From the NCBI GenBank assembly GCA_012295275.1, contig CM022675.1, forward strand, positions 15,376,001 through 15,440,000: 64,000 bases of DNA. The letters run 5' to 3'. Numbering within the stretch: the stretch's first letter is position 1; the number at the start of each line of letters is the position of its first letter. Source of the DNA: Chrysomallon squamiferum. Lineage: Eukaryota; Animalia; Mollusca. The position numbers were made by a program, and so were the translations under genes. The notes beneath the pieces were generated by a model. The model saw only the letters and a list, made by a program, of their open reading frames with translations. It was not told where the DNA came from and did not search any database. Positions 26,561 through 42,123 of the stretch are shown piece by piece.

Positions 26561-27723
26561 CGAAATTGAACAGATTTAAAATTTTTAATTCCGAAATTCC
26601 TGATATCCATTACACTTAGGCAGGAAATGCGCGTTTCGTGTATAGATAATTTTTACAGTATTATTACTGAGCCAGAAAACGTCGTGTTCGATTGTCACTC
26701 ATATAAACTGTAAACATAATCTTTCACATTTATATTTTAAAATTTCAGGCAATGAAACAATACAGTAGTTCAGTAAATATTAGTCATCCTCAGATTAGGC
26801 AAGTGCTACGACATTAACAAAGGCCACAGTTCGAGTTTTTCCACATAAATTTGTTCTGCTGATCTCAGCTTGTCATAAAGTTCTTATGCATAGAATCATT
26901 GGGAATTTTTTATTTTATTTTATCTAATCTGATTATGAGAAGGCTGAGAAAAAATATATAGCTTTATTACAAAATTTATGGAATGATATAAAAACACGGT
27001 TAAATCTTCCAGTCTCAACAAGTGCCTGAATATTAGTTAAACGGTGATAATTTTTCAGTTATGTTATAATTATAGATATTATATTTTGGTAAGTTTGAAA
27101 CATACAATTATTTTGTATTAAAAAATGCTGATGAGGAGGAAAAATTCATTTGTTCATTACGAAGGATGAATTATATCTAGTTACTCTAACTGCTGGAAAT
27201 TTTCGTCATATGATATGGTTATATATTTGCTTTAAATAAAACTCAAAACTGAAATAGAGAGAAAATTCAACATGCAGTCCAGTTTATTTCCGTTTCGTTT
27301 AACGATTGTGGTTAGTGGAGATGGCACGAATAATGTTTGTTAATTTTTGTTACAACTGGTTCGTTTTTCTGTAATTAACTGTACTTTTACTTTATATTTA
27401 CTTGAACAATAATAGATAAGTTCTGTTTCACCAATGAGCTATCACTAATTCTGAAATGAGATGCTGGAAAAAATATTATAATAATTTAAAAAAATATGTT
27501 TTTAATCATTACTCTAATTTCCGTCTACAATGCAGGCAGAAACAAAATTACACTATATGATTATGTTATTTATATTACTAAGCCTTAAAAGTCTAGACCA
27601 GAAGTATCTGTTTTAAAGAAAATTCACTGAAAAGAAAACAAAAAGAATAACTGTAATGCGATTTAATGAAATGTCTCATTTCAGAAAAAGAAAACGTGAC
27701 AATATCTTTTTTCAAAAACTGAG

Positions 27724-30093
27724 TCAGTAGTCAAGTTGTTTGTGTTTGCCTGTACGTTTTAACTGGTTATAGAGTTCCTTCAAATCCTCACTGTGACGTC
27801 TGTTTAGACCAAGCTTTTTAAACACTATTCTCATATAGATATTTTCTTCTTTTTCCACTATAGGAGAGTTCATGTCCCCCGATCTCTTCCCTAACAGAGA
27901 GTAAACGCAACATTCGCACCTTGTAGATTCGTCAAAATCCATACAGGAAGGACAGGAACAAGCCATGGTGCTCCCGACAGGCAGACTTATAAATATTAAC
28001 ACTGAAAGAAAAGTATGTTTTTAGTCAGAAATAAAAATAATTTTCACAATATTCTAGAATTTTCTTATTATCACGAAATGCATATATTTAAAATTAATAT
28101 TTGCAACAAAATATTATTGACAGATATCAAGAAGTAAAATTAATAGCGTTATCATGCATCTTCTACTGTGAACTTATTTTAAATGTGATTACTAGTATGC
28201 GCTGAAAAGAACTGAATTTTATTACACTAAGGCCATAGTATATTGCATGTTAGCATATTTTCCTAATAATAATTATTATTATAATAAGATTGTGCATTTA
28301 CAATAAAAAAAAAATTAAAAAAGAAAGAAAGAAACTGATATATAGAATATGAGCCTTAAGGCTGGAAATGATTCATAATCAAGTTACAAATAATAGCAAG
28401 TTTTCTAAGGATTTAAGATTGTAGGTATTGATATTTAAACCTTGTCTTAATATATAATTCATTTTGTTTAATGCATTTCTCAAACTTGGTGACAGACTAG
28501 AGCACTTTAATCGTTTTAAAGAAAGAAAACAGTGCTCATGGTAAGCTCTGTTTTCTGACGCATTATACACAGATTGCGTTAAATTAACAAAAGAAAAGTT
28601 TATAATGTTAGATTTAAGGCGTCCTTTGTCATTGTAACAAAAGAATTAAAATTAATAATACGAAAGAAAAATCAAAATTTAAGTAAATGTATTCTGTGGA
28701 AATTTGACGATGAAAAATGTACTAAACTTCGTATATACAAAACAGTAACAATCAACTTTTTATATATTTATTGTTAGCAGTAACTACTGATTAAGTGAGA
28801 TAAACAAACAAACAAATAAATAATAACAGTAAAATATATATTTAACACTAGTTGCTTTTTATCAAATAATTAACTATGTTTCTTTATTATTATTATTATC
28901 ATTACTATGATTATTATTATTATTATTCTTACTATTATTATTATTATTATTATTATTAGCATCATTATCAAAACCTTTTTTTCTTCTTCTATTTTTTTCT
29001 TTCTTTATTATTTTTATTATTATTTTTTTTTTCCCCTTTATTTGTTTATTCAGCATTAGCAAGTATCGATCTCTTGGCAGTATTGCTTAAAGCTGATAAA
29101 ATGAACAAAGTTAGTTCTAGTTTATTAAATTTACGGTGAAGAAACACCCACCACAGAATTCTTTAGAGGATTGGTCATAAAGATATGCATTTAATTATTC
29201 AAAGCTTCTCTACTAGAAAGTGTTGATAGAGATAGTTTTAATTCAAAAGATTGCACGGTTTCACAACATGCCACTTAATTTTCTCTAATGCTGCTATTCC
29301 AGACCCTTTATACTGACGCAATCTCATGGTCGGCCTGCTACTGCCAGAAAAGAGAAATTGTTTCTAAATAAATGCACTAAATATTTTCTTCTTTCTTTCG
29401 TTCTGTCATTTTTTCATTCACTCTTTATTCCTTTCTTTCATATTTTCTTTTCTTAACTGAACTGATTAAGGCACTGCAGGGAATGAAAGCAACACAATTA
29501 TTTGTTCTAATTATAAAGTGTCTTGCTGAAAACAGACAACCATTAGAATTAAGGGATAAAACATGAATTTTGTAAATATTAAGATTTTGCAAGTCTTACT
29601 TCTGTCACAAGTGCTGGATAAAGCAGGAAGCTCGAGGGCTGACTTCAGCAATACTTACACTATAAAGATTGTTTAACATCCCCAAATACCAGATGGTAGC
29701 GTGATCACGCACCGCACTCTTTCATTTCGTGAGATGAGAGCAAGCGTAACTTTGTTTTAATTGATTTCTTGCGACAGAAAACGTGTACTAATAAAGCAGT
29801 ATTTATTTTAAATAAGTGAATTATTGGCAAAAGAAACAGAAATATATTTCTTGTCATAAAATACGTACAAATGCTATGAGTATATTTTGAAAGTTTCTGT
29901 ATTATTTTATTTTTCTGCTGAAAAGGAAAAGGAATATAATTTTACACTATAGTTAATAGAGTTTTTTAAGCTTATTATTTTTTTATTTATTAATATTGTG
30001 TTGTGTGTGTTTGTGTTTCTGTGATATTGATATTATCCTTTTAAAAGTGAAATATAATCATGACATTTAATTTCACAGAATTCTGTTACTATT

Positions 30094-30169
<76 letters not shown>

Positions 30170-30866
30170 AACATCAGTACAAGCCATTTTCTGTAATAAT
30201 CTATTACATTTGTTTACTTCAAATGTTAGCAATAATGTCCATTTACAGAAAAATCATAAATAAACTTTCAAAATGTTTCAGATGTTTTCAGCTTTAATTG
30301 AAACCTAAGTACGTTTCATTTTAAAACTGGGTACAGCTTACATTAAATGATTAATTATATCATGAGAAGATATTAAATAATGAAATATATGGATCGTAAA
30401 TAATATTATTAAAAAAAAAACATTTACACATGCACACATTCATGCACGCACGCACACACACTCACATATACTATATACATCTATATGCTAATTAATTCAC
30501 TATATTTAAAAACTGATTTAAACTTTTCAGTGAATTAGAATTTATTTTTGTTAATTTAATCAAATGTTATAGATATAAATATTAACCTGCAAAAACAATT
30601 TTTTTTTGTTCTCTTGTTCAGTTTCTAACATTAACCAAATATATAGAGTCATGTAATTTTATATTATCGTCTAAAATATAAATTTTTATAAGAAGCCGCT
30701 TATTTATATGCCTATAGTTGGCGTGTAAATTAAAAATACAGTATAAATATTTAATTTTACAACATACTTTTTCTACTCAATAGTCTGGATAGTATGTATG
30801 ACGTAAATAGAAAAATACTAATTTTGTACCTGCAATAAAGACGGAGAAGGCAAAAATCCGAGACAT
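27724..30866 (-). CDS. Cysteine-rich amidated neuropeptide precursor (CCRFamide/CLCCY-like), 104 aa
   Basis: Exons 30866-30830 and 28001-27724 joined by a GT-AG phase-1 intron give MSRIFAFSVFIAVLIFISLPVGSTMA (signal peptide), CSCPSCMDFDESTRCECCVYSLL, GKR (amidation and cleavage), then a C-terminal propeptide with further KK/RR/KR sites. Confidence 0.8.
30097..30167. repeat. (TA)n microsatellite
   Basis: Directly visible, in the neuropeptide gene intron. Confidence 0.95.
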
Positions 30867-33563
30867 GGTGTATTCTCCACTAGAACTGCTTTCTTACTGT
30901 GAAGGCGGCAGAGAGAAGTCAAAGTTCAGCGAGGAACTCTTCAGCAAGTCATTATACCGTCTATTGTGAGGTGAGAGAAGAACTTTGAAAGCTACAATGT
31001 TGTAATTATTATCCTCAAGCGTTTCCTTGAGTGGCCTGTGAATCCAGGTGTGAACATTTTGAAGAAACAGATGCTGGTGAATAATGATTAGGGACCATTA
31101 CTAAAAGTGATTTGTTCACAAATTAAAATACGTCTATCGACTAAAACTAGCTGAAACGATCAATAAAATACTACGATTTCAGTTTAAACCAGAAAAAAAT
31201 ATAAATAAATAAATAAATAAATAAATAACATTTACATATTAATAACAAAATAATGTGTGGTTTTTTGATGGGTGTTCTTTTTTCTTTTTCATTTTATTTG
31301 CCAAATAACGTCACAAATTTGTCAGTATTTAAAGAATGAAAGATTGAAGCTCTTAATGTCAGTTTTGTGAAATGGAAAATAGAAATAAATGTCATCATTT
31401 ATCTGTATAAAACAGATATGTATATAAAATTAAAATTAATAAATTTTCATTTAAAAACAGTATTTATGTACTTTTGCAGATGATAATAGCTCACTGTTGT
31501 TTGTTATCTTAATGATCATATCAGTAATATTAATATGTAATTATACAGGGAAGTTATTTATTTTTGTTTTTTCTAATTTTCTATTTATTTATTTTATTTT
31601 ATTTTATTTTATTTTATTTTATTTATTTATTTATTTTGATCGACAAATCCGACAAATATTTTATTTACCACTGCATATATGTATCGATTCTCACAAATAC
31701 ACTCTCACATTCATATATATATTAACTCTCACCAGCTGTACATATTTCGTGTAAAACGATAATGAAGAGAATGGTGTTACAATCCCATGCATCGTAGGCA
31801 TGAAAAAAATGTGGAAGGACAAAACAATACGACGTTACATTTTGTTTGCTTCATAGAATATTTTTTTCGCACCTGAATCGATGTTATAACTGAATGGCTG
31901 TTTAGTCTATTTTTAGATAATGCTCGTAATTAAATAGTAACTTTTTAGACTTCTGTAACATACATTAATCTTGAAAAAACATGCACTAATCTTTGTAATG
32001 TAAAGCACAATTTTAATGTAAAGCACAATTGTAAAGAAGATAAAACATCTTTATACATTAGGTTATCTGTTCACTGAATTTAGATAATAAATAAATGAGA
32101 TAATTACGATATTCACTAAAATCGTCTTGAAAACAGACTAAGGTGAGTAGTTCGATTTAACTGTTAATATCAATATGTAGTTCAGAAATTAAATTTACTT
32201 ATTTTATATACATATAGGTGTGTGTGAATGTGTGTGTGTGTGGATGTGTGTGCGCGCGATGATGATGATGTCATGATAAAACACGAACTAATTTTTTTTT
32301 CGATAATATACTGCTTTACACAAGATTTATGACTACATTTCAAGTACATTGATGTAAATTTCTCAAACTCAAAGATTAATAAAAATTACACTTATACAAG
32401 GTCAAATTATAGAAGAATAAAAGTACGCTGTTTACATTTAAATATTACATTTAACTTTCACATCGTGTCTAAACGAACATGCTCTGTCTTAATGGTTGGT
32501 TATAAAAGGAACTTAACTCTATGATATCGGTTGAAAAACAGTAAATAAAATAAAATAAAATAAAATAACTGAATAAATAAAAATTAAATTAAAAAATGTA
32601 CAACGAATGAAAAGTAAACAACATATTATGTACGCGTTTAAAGAAAAGAACATCTTATATCTTTTGTCTGGCAGTGAATCAACGAATCATATTCATATTC
32701 AGATCCATCACTCTGAAAGCAGTATTTTACTGAGCTTGGCTGTTTATAAACGAACAAAGAATAATCTTTATTTAACGTCTGGAAATGTTTTCTCGTAAGA
32801 AAGTAAACATAGTGTTTTGTTAATAATGAAAATGTTTATTTATAACACCTACTATGCTAGTTCGAAGAAAGTGAGAGTCATCTTTTTAATGAAAATGTAT
32901 GGACTGTTTGTGCAGAAATAAACAAAAAATGTATAGCTAGCTTTGTTTGTTGCAGTTTTCTGTTTTTGTTTGTTGTTATTGTTTTCTTTATCTTTTTGTG
33001 TCTTTTTTATGTTTTGTTTACATATATTATTATTCAGAGAATATATTCGGGGAAAAAATAGTTTATCTTGTCACGAAATCACATGTCTGAAATAAAGATC
33101 CACGCAATGATTTACAATGGACAATAGAGAGGTAAAACTTTACAAACATGAACGTATACTCGATTCTATTGAAACGACAGTTAAGCATGAATCTTTTGAA
33201 ACTGTTTGAATAAAAACGTCTTCGTATTGAGAATTTCGTCTAGGCTCTAGTAAAGTAGGTTTATGTGGCGTAGATCTGCAACGGCGGTTGCATACAAAGG
33301 CTACACACAATTTGCTGTCAATACTGAACTGCAACAGATGGACGAGTTAACGCTAGTATTGTTTGTGTGTTAATTATGTAAAACACCTCAGCTGTTTGCA
33401 TTTACCTGCAGATTGGATGTGAAGTAGTTTCCTTTAAAACCGATATCATTTGGATTTGTTCTACTAAAGTAAATGACTAAATTATTTCACTTCCACCGAA
33501 ACTTTTCAAGACGTAGTTACCAGTTTGCAATAACATGTAACGCCGGTGGAGAGGTATGATACA

Positions 33564-35927
33564 ATGATCCTCACCTGCTTCTTAGTTATAGGTATGTTTA
33601 AAATTTGCTAATTCAGTGTCATAATCCTATCAACACAATATAACATTCATTTTTTTAATCATTTAGTTTTATGAGTCAACGTTTAATGCTTGAACCAGAT
33701 CGATAAGTAGATAGGCAGTATTTAAAATCTCCATCGACTAATATTTTTCCTGGAGAGACTGACTTAATCCACCCACTCATCAGTCGTTTGCTCGCCTCTC
33801 TCTATAATCCATTAGAATATTTTAATGCAGTGTTGTTCGTGTTCAGTTACTTAATTCCTGTCTAAAAGTAATCTTTTCAAAATTATGTAATTTTTTTAAG
33901 ATTTTAAAAACACTGTTTTAGCATCGTAGCAATACTTTAGAAACATTTTGAACTTAAACTGATGAGCTGCAGACTGACCTTATTAACTGCTGTCTATCAC
34001 TTATTTTTATTTTAAACCGAGAAATGGCTTCCTGTTCTTGAATCATTTGTTAATCGTAGTACTTTAAGACTGATCAATGCGCCTGTGAGGATAAATAATT
34101 GTTGGGTAGTAGTAAATGTGTCTGTAATATTTAAACTCTGCTGTGCTGAAAAGCATAAACGTTGATAGTTACAGGCAATAATGGAACTGACCATTTATTG
34201 TTTGAAAGTCCTTACAGTATCAAGTCTAATATATTCCAAATTAACTTATTTATTTATTTATTTATTTTTATATTTCAGTGATTTTTCTTACGGCTAAAAG
34301 TAAGGCTCAGCGAGAGTCGGTTTGTCCAAAAGGTATGTGTGCTTAACTATTTGTCATATACATACAGATGATATAGAAGAAATATAAATATTGAATTCTA
34401 TGTCAGACTGATGTATAATGAAATTTGTTCGACTGTCTGTTGAATTATAATTTATTATTGCATTTATTAATGGCCTTCAATAGCAATGATGTATCAATAT
34501 CTAAAAAAAATACTGTTGTGTTCAATATTGTTTTAAACAAAATTTTGTCGTTATGTCTTGTATACTCTATTTTGTCTGCTTTGAAATACTATCAGAGACA
34601 ATATGTAAGCCGCCTGTGAAAGTAATGTTAGTAAATAGTTCGAGATGAAGTTTCATTTATTTATTTATTTGTTTGTTTGTTGTTTGTTTGTTTCATGCTA
34701 AAGCGGAAGGTTACATCGATTGCTACATTTGTACGTCCGCTGGGGATTCTGAAGACAATTTTTGTGGTGATCCATTTAACATTTCATCTAAGCATCCTCA
34801 TTTGACTGTTAAACTTTGCCACGGATACTGTACCAAATGGATTACAGATACTCTCTCAGGTAAAGATGAACTCAGTTCGAGTATAGGATAAAAAAATAAA
34901 CTTCAAAAAAAGATATTTGTCACAGGTAATTCAAACGAAAATTTTTGCAACGCATACCATGTACAAACACTGTTTGTGTTTTATCCAATGGCTTGCAAGC
35001 CCATTCTTTAGAATCCCTTATTAGAGTTAAGTTCAATTGTTTTACTTCGACAAATTACACCAGCAAGATATTAAAACCGAACAACCTAAGTTGTATTTCG
35101 GAATTACTGTTTATCTAATTAAAGAATGCAACATATTCTAAAACAAATACTAGATTCGATATCCCAGACACCAAACTCGATGATGAGTGTTTCTCAGATG
35201 TCTGTGCCAGAAATCTTTCAGTTGAGTGTCAGAATTCCTTGTATGATCACACTTCTATATTCCATACAGTGCCACTTTTTACACATTAATTCTAAGAAAA
35301 AATAAACTACAACTGGGTTAAGAATGCTTTTTCTATATTTTAAAGATTTATTACATCTAAAAATTGTAAAAGTAAACTGTAGAAATGGTCCTGATTTATT
35401 TTCAAATTATACATATTTCCATAAACAAAAAAAAAAAAAAAAAAACTGATATGTTGGTTAGAAAACAATTATAACAATAAAAATGATTACATTCCAATTA
35501 TAGTTTTTCTTATACTTTAATATATTTGGATATTGTGGAAATGACGGAACTAGAAAGAATAAACAATTGAGAGTACGTCTTCCTTCTCACGTCTTCTCAA
35601 TGTTCAGTGTCTATTCTTCTTTTTATATATGTTATTTCTGTACTGACGGGTTTCTATCAATTGAAATAAACTTTTTAGTAGTAATTGTTTTCAGTTATAA
35701 TGTAAATATCAGTATATGTGTTACGGTCAGAACTGTCATTTATCTAGAGACGTTCAGTAAAAAATGTTTAATGACCCACCACAGTATACAAGATTAAATT
35801 GAATGGAATAATATAATGTGCTTTATAGAAACGTTAATTTTTCTAAATTCCATACCTTTGCATGTCACCACTTGTTTAATCACAACAATAAACTGTTTAC
35901 ATAATTATACATTATGATGTAACAAAA

Positions 35928-35968
<41 letters not shown>

Positions 35969-37398
35969 AAAAAATAGAAATAAAAATAAATCAAATGTAT
36001 TCTAAAAGTATTTTATAATCCATAACTAATTATAATTATGAAATTACTGGGATATCAGCAAATTAACATGTTATTACCAATGGGTTATTTAGTCAAAATA
36101 TACATAGAATCTGTTATAATTATTTCTAATGTTTCATGACGGGTAGTGAACATGCAACAATTTCCAATGGTAGACTGAAAAGCTATGTTTGAAATATGCA
36201 TATGAACTACACAAAATGTACACATAAACATGAAAGACCAGTTGATGTTATTTACTGACTGTTTCCTCTACAGAGTATGACAACGATTTGTTACTTATTT
36301 GTAATTTATACTAAACAAAGGAGGTAAAAACCAGATAACTGATATAATACCTTATCTAAATCTTGAATCACTGAGACCGAGGATCTACAGGAGTTCAGTA
36401 ACTGGCCCTTGTATCAGTAACAAGACACAAGAAGCCAAAACTTAAATCATTGAAATTATATCTTGGAAATGATCTTGATTAGAAAGTTAAGAAAAAAGTC
36501 GTGAAATGTAGAATGTATTCTTTCTTTGATTGTAAGTGGGTTGAGAGAGGATAACCGTGATCGTACAGTGGTACTTAAAATAACTGAATAGTAACTAAAG
36601 TTAAGGTTTCGAATGGGAAATAGCAAAAATTTCAAATTTTGTGACTATTTAAGTTAAGGTATCGAGGGTTAACAGCAAATATATATATATATTCAATTTT
36701 TATTTTTTTATTTTTTTTATTTTTTTAAATAATAATTTTAAATTTTTTATTATAATTTGCCCAGTTATAGCTGTAATTAAGACACTGTATAGTCGTTGCA
36801 CTGATCAGCTGTAAAGGTGTATATATATATATATATGAATAAATAAATAATAAACAAAACAAAAGTAAGTGCGTATTAACATAGTGCTTGAAAATCAAAT
36901 TTGTTCAGAGGGCGGTGTTACCTCAATCACTAGTTTATGAAAAGAATTATATATTCAAAATATGTATTCAGTATTTGTTTCGCATTATTTATTTATTTAT
37001 ATTTTTTAATTTTATTTATTTATTTATTATTACTATTTATTTATTTATTTATTCTAATTAATTAAATAAATAATTTATTTTTTTGTTTTTTCGTACAAAT
37101 CACTGATTGTAGATCAGATTATTTTATTTATTTTCTATATTCTTTATTCTGAATTTTGGTAAATCTGACTGAATTAATTGACTTATTTTTGTTGTTTTGT
37201 TTTTCAGGATCACTACGTACTACACGAATGTGCTCGGCAGATCTTAAGATGAATATGCAAAAAGCCACTGTGTGTATGCATGAAAGACGATCTGCTAATG
37301 GTCAGCTCTGTTTCTGTGATGAAGATCTTTGTAACAGTGGAAGACGTTATTCCAAACATTTACTTATCATCATCGTGTCTTTATTTCTGAATATCTAA
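33564..37398 (+). CDS. Ly6/uPAR three-finger GPI-anchored protein, quiver/sleepless-like, 142 aa
   Basis: Exons 33564-33591, 34279-34332, 34704-34859, 37208-37398, all GT-AG phase 1. Signal peptide MILTCFLVIVIFLTAKSKA, IDCYIC.S....FCGDPF, C.GYCTKW, RMC, LCFCDEDLCN, hydrophobic GPI-type tail. The exon 3 acceptor is a weaker AAG. Confidence 0.85.
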
Positions 37399-37942
37399 TA
37401 ATATTATTATTATTAGTGATATTTTTATATATAAAATGTTGCTCAGATTTTGAAACACTGTAAATATATTTATATTTTTATTTTGTCTTAATTTGATTTG
37501 TTTGTGTATCCTTAGAAACCGCTGTACTATTCCTACTCAAATCCTTAAGTTTGTAGACATAACATATCCAGTCAGTGGATGTGGTGGTCATGGCCCGGCA
37601 TTTCTTCCATCAGCTTAGCTTAATAATAATATAGTTCAGAAAGGGCCACAGTTGTTAAATTGTTATAACGCATCAATCAGAAATAGACCAAATATCCACA
37701 ACCATGAAGAATAGAACAAATTTAAAAATCTAGTATATATTTCGTAGAACAAAATGTGATTGAACAAAATCACAAAATATCTATAACACTTAAAAAGAAA
37801 GAAAATTCTCACACTCTATTTAAAACATTGTCAGAGTAAAAATATAATAAAAAATTGTGCAAAGATCTTCAAAGAAAAATGTCGGTTTTCCTAAAAACGT
37901 TTTGTTAGTCAGTAGTAATGTTGATATAAGGTACATTTAAAA

Positions 37943-37990
<48 letters not shown>

Positions 37991-38241
37991 TTCAATGTAA
38001 TGCTGCATATCTGTGAAATATATGTGGTAACGAAGTCATTTTAAGTAAACAGTCATTAGGAAAACGATATGGTACAGTATGAATATGTTTACAGCTTGAT
38101 CACAGTTTTATATGACCAGACAAGACAACAGTGACTTTCTACCATTAAAAAAAACTGATACCAGTGTTATTTTTATTATATTATAACCAATTTTTATGAA
38201 AACATTTTTTTTTTGGATGACCTCTTAGTATAACATTTAAA

Positions 38242-38273
<32 letters not shown>

Positions 38274-38386
38274 CATAATGTTGTTCTGCAATTCCGGGTG
38301 AAAAATGTAATAAAATTTAATATTTTAATAAACGGTCTTTTTATACAGGTCACCTTAGTTTTAGTTATTTACGATCTTTTTTAGAA

Positions 38387-38417
<31 letters not shown>

Positions 38418-38813
38418 AATAATAAAATAAAATAAGCAACAAGTGAGATATCACAAAAAGTCTGTACTATCACAGCCATATCTTTTAAATTATTACTTTT
38501 ATTATTCTAGGTATATTATTTAGATCTAATAATAATATACGATTCTCAAGAAAACAAAACCACCATATCGCGTTTAGAGCGTTAAAAAGCAAAGATATAT
38601 TCATTTTAACTGTACGGATAATAAATAATTTATAATACTATTATAGTAAAACCTGTCCATCAGATGAATACAAAAAGTTATTGGCTTCATATAATTCTAA
38701 TGTAAAACAAACAAACAAACTAAAAAAAAAAAAAACCATTAATCAATGCTTTAAAAATCTGCTCTCTGTATATAATAATTCTAAATGAAACAGTAGAAAA
38801 GAATGAAATATAA

Positions 38814-38848
<35 letters not shown>

Positions 38849-39193
38849 AATTAAATAAAATTAAATTAATAAATACATCCAGTTAACTTGTACTCATCTA
38901 CTCTAATATTTAAATCTTAAACACGAAACAAAAAGAATAAATCGTAACATTTTTATGGTTTTCTTTAATAAAATATACCTATAGATAATATTATATTTTT
39001 TCATGCTAAGCTGTAATATGTGTAACATTCTTTTATTGTAAGTATAATAATTTTGTTTAGTGTTTTGAGTTTCCCACCCGACTAATCACAGCGTTGAGAA
39101 TAGAGTAGTTTCCCTTTATATTCAAGAAAGTAAACGAAACAAAACAATTTTAATGTTTGTGTTGTTACTACGTTTGACTGTAAAAAAATCGTA

Positions 39194-42083
39194 ATGGCAG
39201 CTTTTAACGAAATGCAGTTTGAGCTTGCATGTAAAGAATTAGAAAACCCACATATCGAAGACTGGGAATTTTTTGTACAATCTCACGACGTTACGATATA
39301 CAGACTTTACAATGAGGTATAATTAAATTAGTTAATTACTTGTAAGTAACTTAAGTAACTCTTAATGATCCAGGGGCAGATTTCCTATACAATATGTAAA
39401 TGTTTATAATTTGATATTATAACTTTTCATTTACATTGTTTGCCAGTTCACACTTATTGGCATTGCTAAATTGTAAAGCTGACATCCAGTTTTGTTTGAA
39501 TTAGGTACATTCATAAAATTTCAAACTTTCACATTTCGAACTGGAAATGGGATAGTTAGAACAAATAAGGTATAATGAAGATAATGGTGCTTAAATTATA
39601 ACAATGTCTTATCTAGAATCAGAGTTACAGGATTTATGTACATCGCGTGTCGGTCAATTTTGGTCCATTGTTTCCATGCTTTTTCATTAATCAACTTGGT
39701 CCAGTGTTTAGGTTTGGGAAAAATATTTATGATTAAAAACATTGAAATTATTATTAATTTACATCAGAAATAATTCAGACTTAGCCATTATTTTTATACA
39801 ACTGAAAATTAAAAAAATTAAATCTTTAATTTTTGTTTTAATAAAATAGAAAAAATGTTATATTAAGGAAAAATTACACCCTTCCGATATTCAGTGTGAG
39901 ACAACTGAAAACACCAGGGGGGGAAACAGTTGAAAGAACAGCCGGGAAGGGAATTGCCTGTATTTAAAATAATTTACATTGCAATTTGCAGGAAGTGTAA
40001 TACATTTGCGCGGAACATGGGGCATCATTTACCACTTTTATAAGCATGAGAGGGAACATGTTTTATTATATATATATTTATTTATTTAAGTCAGGGGCAT
40101 TTCTGAGCAACTTGAACCCACCCAATCTGCCTCTGTGATCAGGTTTTCAGGATCTCTAGTCTATCTTTGTCATCATCATCATTATTATTATTATTATTAT
40201 TTCATATTTTATTTTTCATCCATTTATCTTATTTCTTATACCTAATGATAACATTTAGATTTATTCAGTTAAATATTTATAATTATATATAACTGATACA
40301 TATTAATATGATAAAATATAAAAGTAAATTAAAGTTTTAAATACTAAAGTCTCTTGATTACCCATAATATAAATCTATAATTTGTATATATAAATCAATT
40401 TTAATTGTTTTGTAATTTCTAGAAGCAAAATATTTATACCATATAAATACAAAGATATGTTATCATAACAAACATATGAGTACATTATCAGTAAAATAGA
40501 AAATAAAAAATATATAATATATTAATTGGTCTGTCATTCCTGTTCATCAGTAATTGTGTTCAAGTATTCCACTATTAGTTATCTGGAAAATATATTATTA
40601 TAATAATACATGTTCAAAGTATTTTGCCTAAAATAATTGTTTGTGCATTTTGTTAGAGATTGCCTGGTTTTCATTTCTTCTTACATCTGTTTTTTTCTAG
40701 AATTTTTCCCATTTGGTTTTAAATAAAAAAATGTATTAATATAAATAAAAACAGTGACGTTGATAGAAAAGTCGACTGTGACCTAATTTTTATTTTATTT
40801 TATTTACTTTTATTAACAAACAATGTAATAGTTAACAAACTGATGGTATTTCAAAAAGTATTGATGAAAAGAAATAAGGATATTAGTCCAAGAACTTTGC
40901 TAATTACAAGGATCATCTATAAAGGAAAATGTGCATAATATCACTATATTTGTTTGGTAGGTTTCTGGTCTTTATGAGTACAAGATATATGGTTTCATGA
41001 GTGATGTTCTTCCAGAAGTCTGTGCTAAAGTGTACATGGATTTGGAGTACCGGAAACAATGGGACACATATGTGAATGGTAAGTTTTAAAACTAAACTAT
41101 TAAAATGAGTTAAAAATAACAAGTTGGACAACTCCCAAGTTTAGGTAATATACATTTACAATACTGCATTGTGATGTATTATACAAAAACATTACAAATT
41201 CAGAAACTTTCTCCATTTCATTATTTCAAAGATTAGAAATGAATAAAAGAATGTTTAATTCTGCTTCTGTTCACTCTTAGAGTTGGGTTAATACATAAAT
41301 ATCTTAATAAAATCCTTTGAAATTAAGAAGAAAGTAGGATGTCTTAAACTCTGATTACTGTATTTCTGTTGACAAAAAAGTATAACATTCAGGTATTGTT
41401 GATAAAACTGTAATCATTTTAATTTACAGAATTATATACATTTGAAACTATTTAAATTCATTTGTTTTGATTTGGGTTTTTTTGTAGCAGACTTTGAAAT
41501 GTACATTTTATAGCAACAAAGAATGAAACTGATTATGTTTTTTCTACATATCTTGATTTTTCAGAATTATATGAAATAAAAGCTGATAAGAAGAGTTTAA
41601 TCTACTGGAATATAAACTACCCGTTTTTTATGAGCAACAGAGATGTATCCTTACAAAGTTACATTGCAAAATTAGTTTACTTCATCAAATAAATGTTGTT
41701 ACAAATATGATAAAATGTTTTTTTTTCACAAAATCATTTCAGCATTATATTTGTGTTGTTGTCATTAGAAAATAAAGTAAAACACACTGATTAACCTAAA
41801 AACTGTATTTAACATACTGTATTTGTAATATACTACATTAAAAATTTTTTCAGCACCTAATGGTCCAGAATAGAATAATATTTGTTTCCGTTATTTTCTT
41901 ACCAGTGAAAACTGTATTTATCATTGTGTACACATTGCATTAAGGATATAAACTAACAATTAACAAACTGCAACATCCTATTAGGAGTCCTGTACTGCTG
42001 GCAAGTCTGGGTGTAGGAAAACTTGACACCAGATAAAATGGCACTGGAAAAAAATGGCACCTTATTTGTTTTTTCTGTATAGT

Positions 42084-42123
<40 letters not shown>

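Noticed and set aside
34645-34703. ATG at 34645 as start of the Ly6 gene
   Set aside because: That frame stops at about 34699; two upstream phase-compatible exons supply a proper signal peptide.
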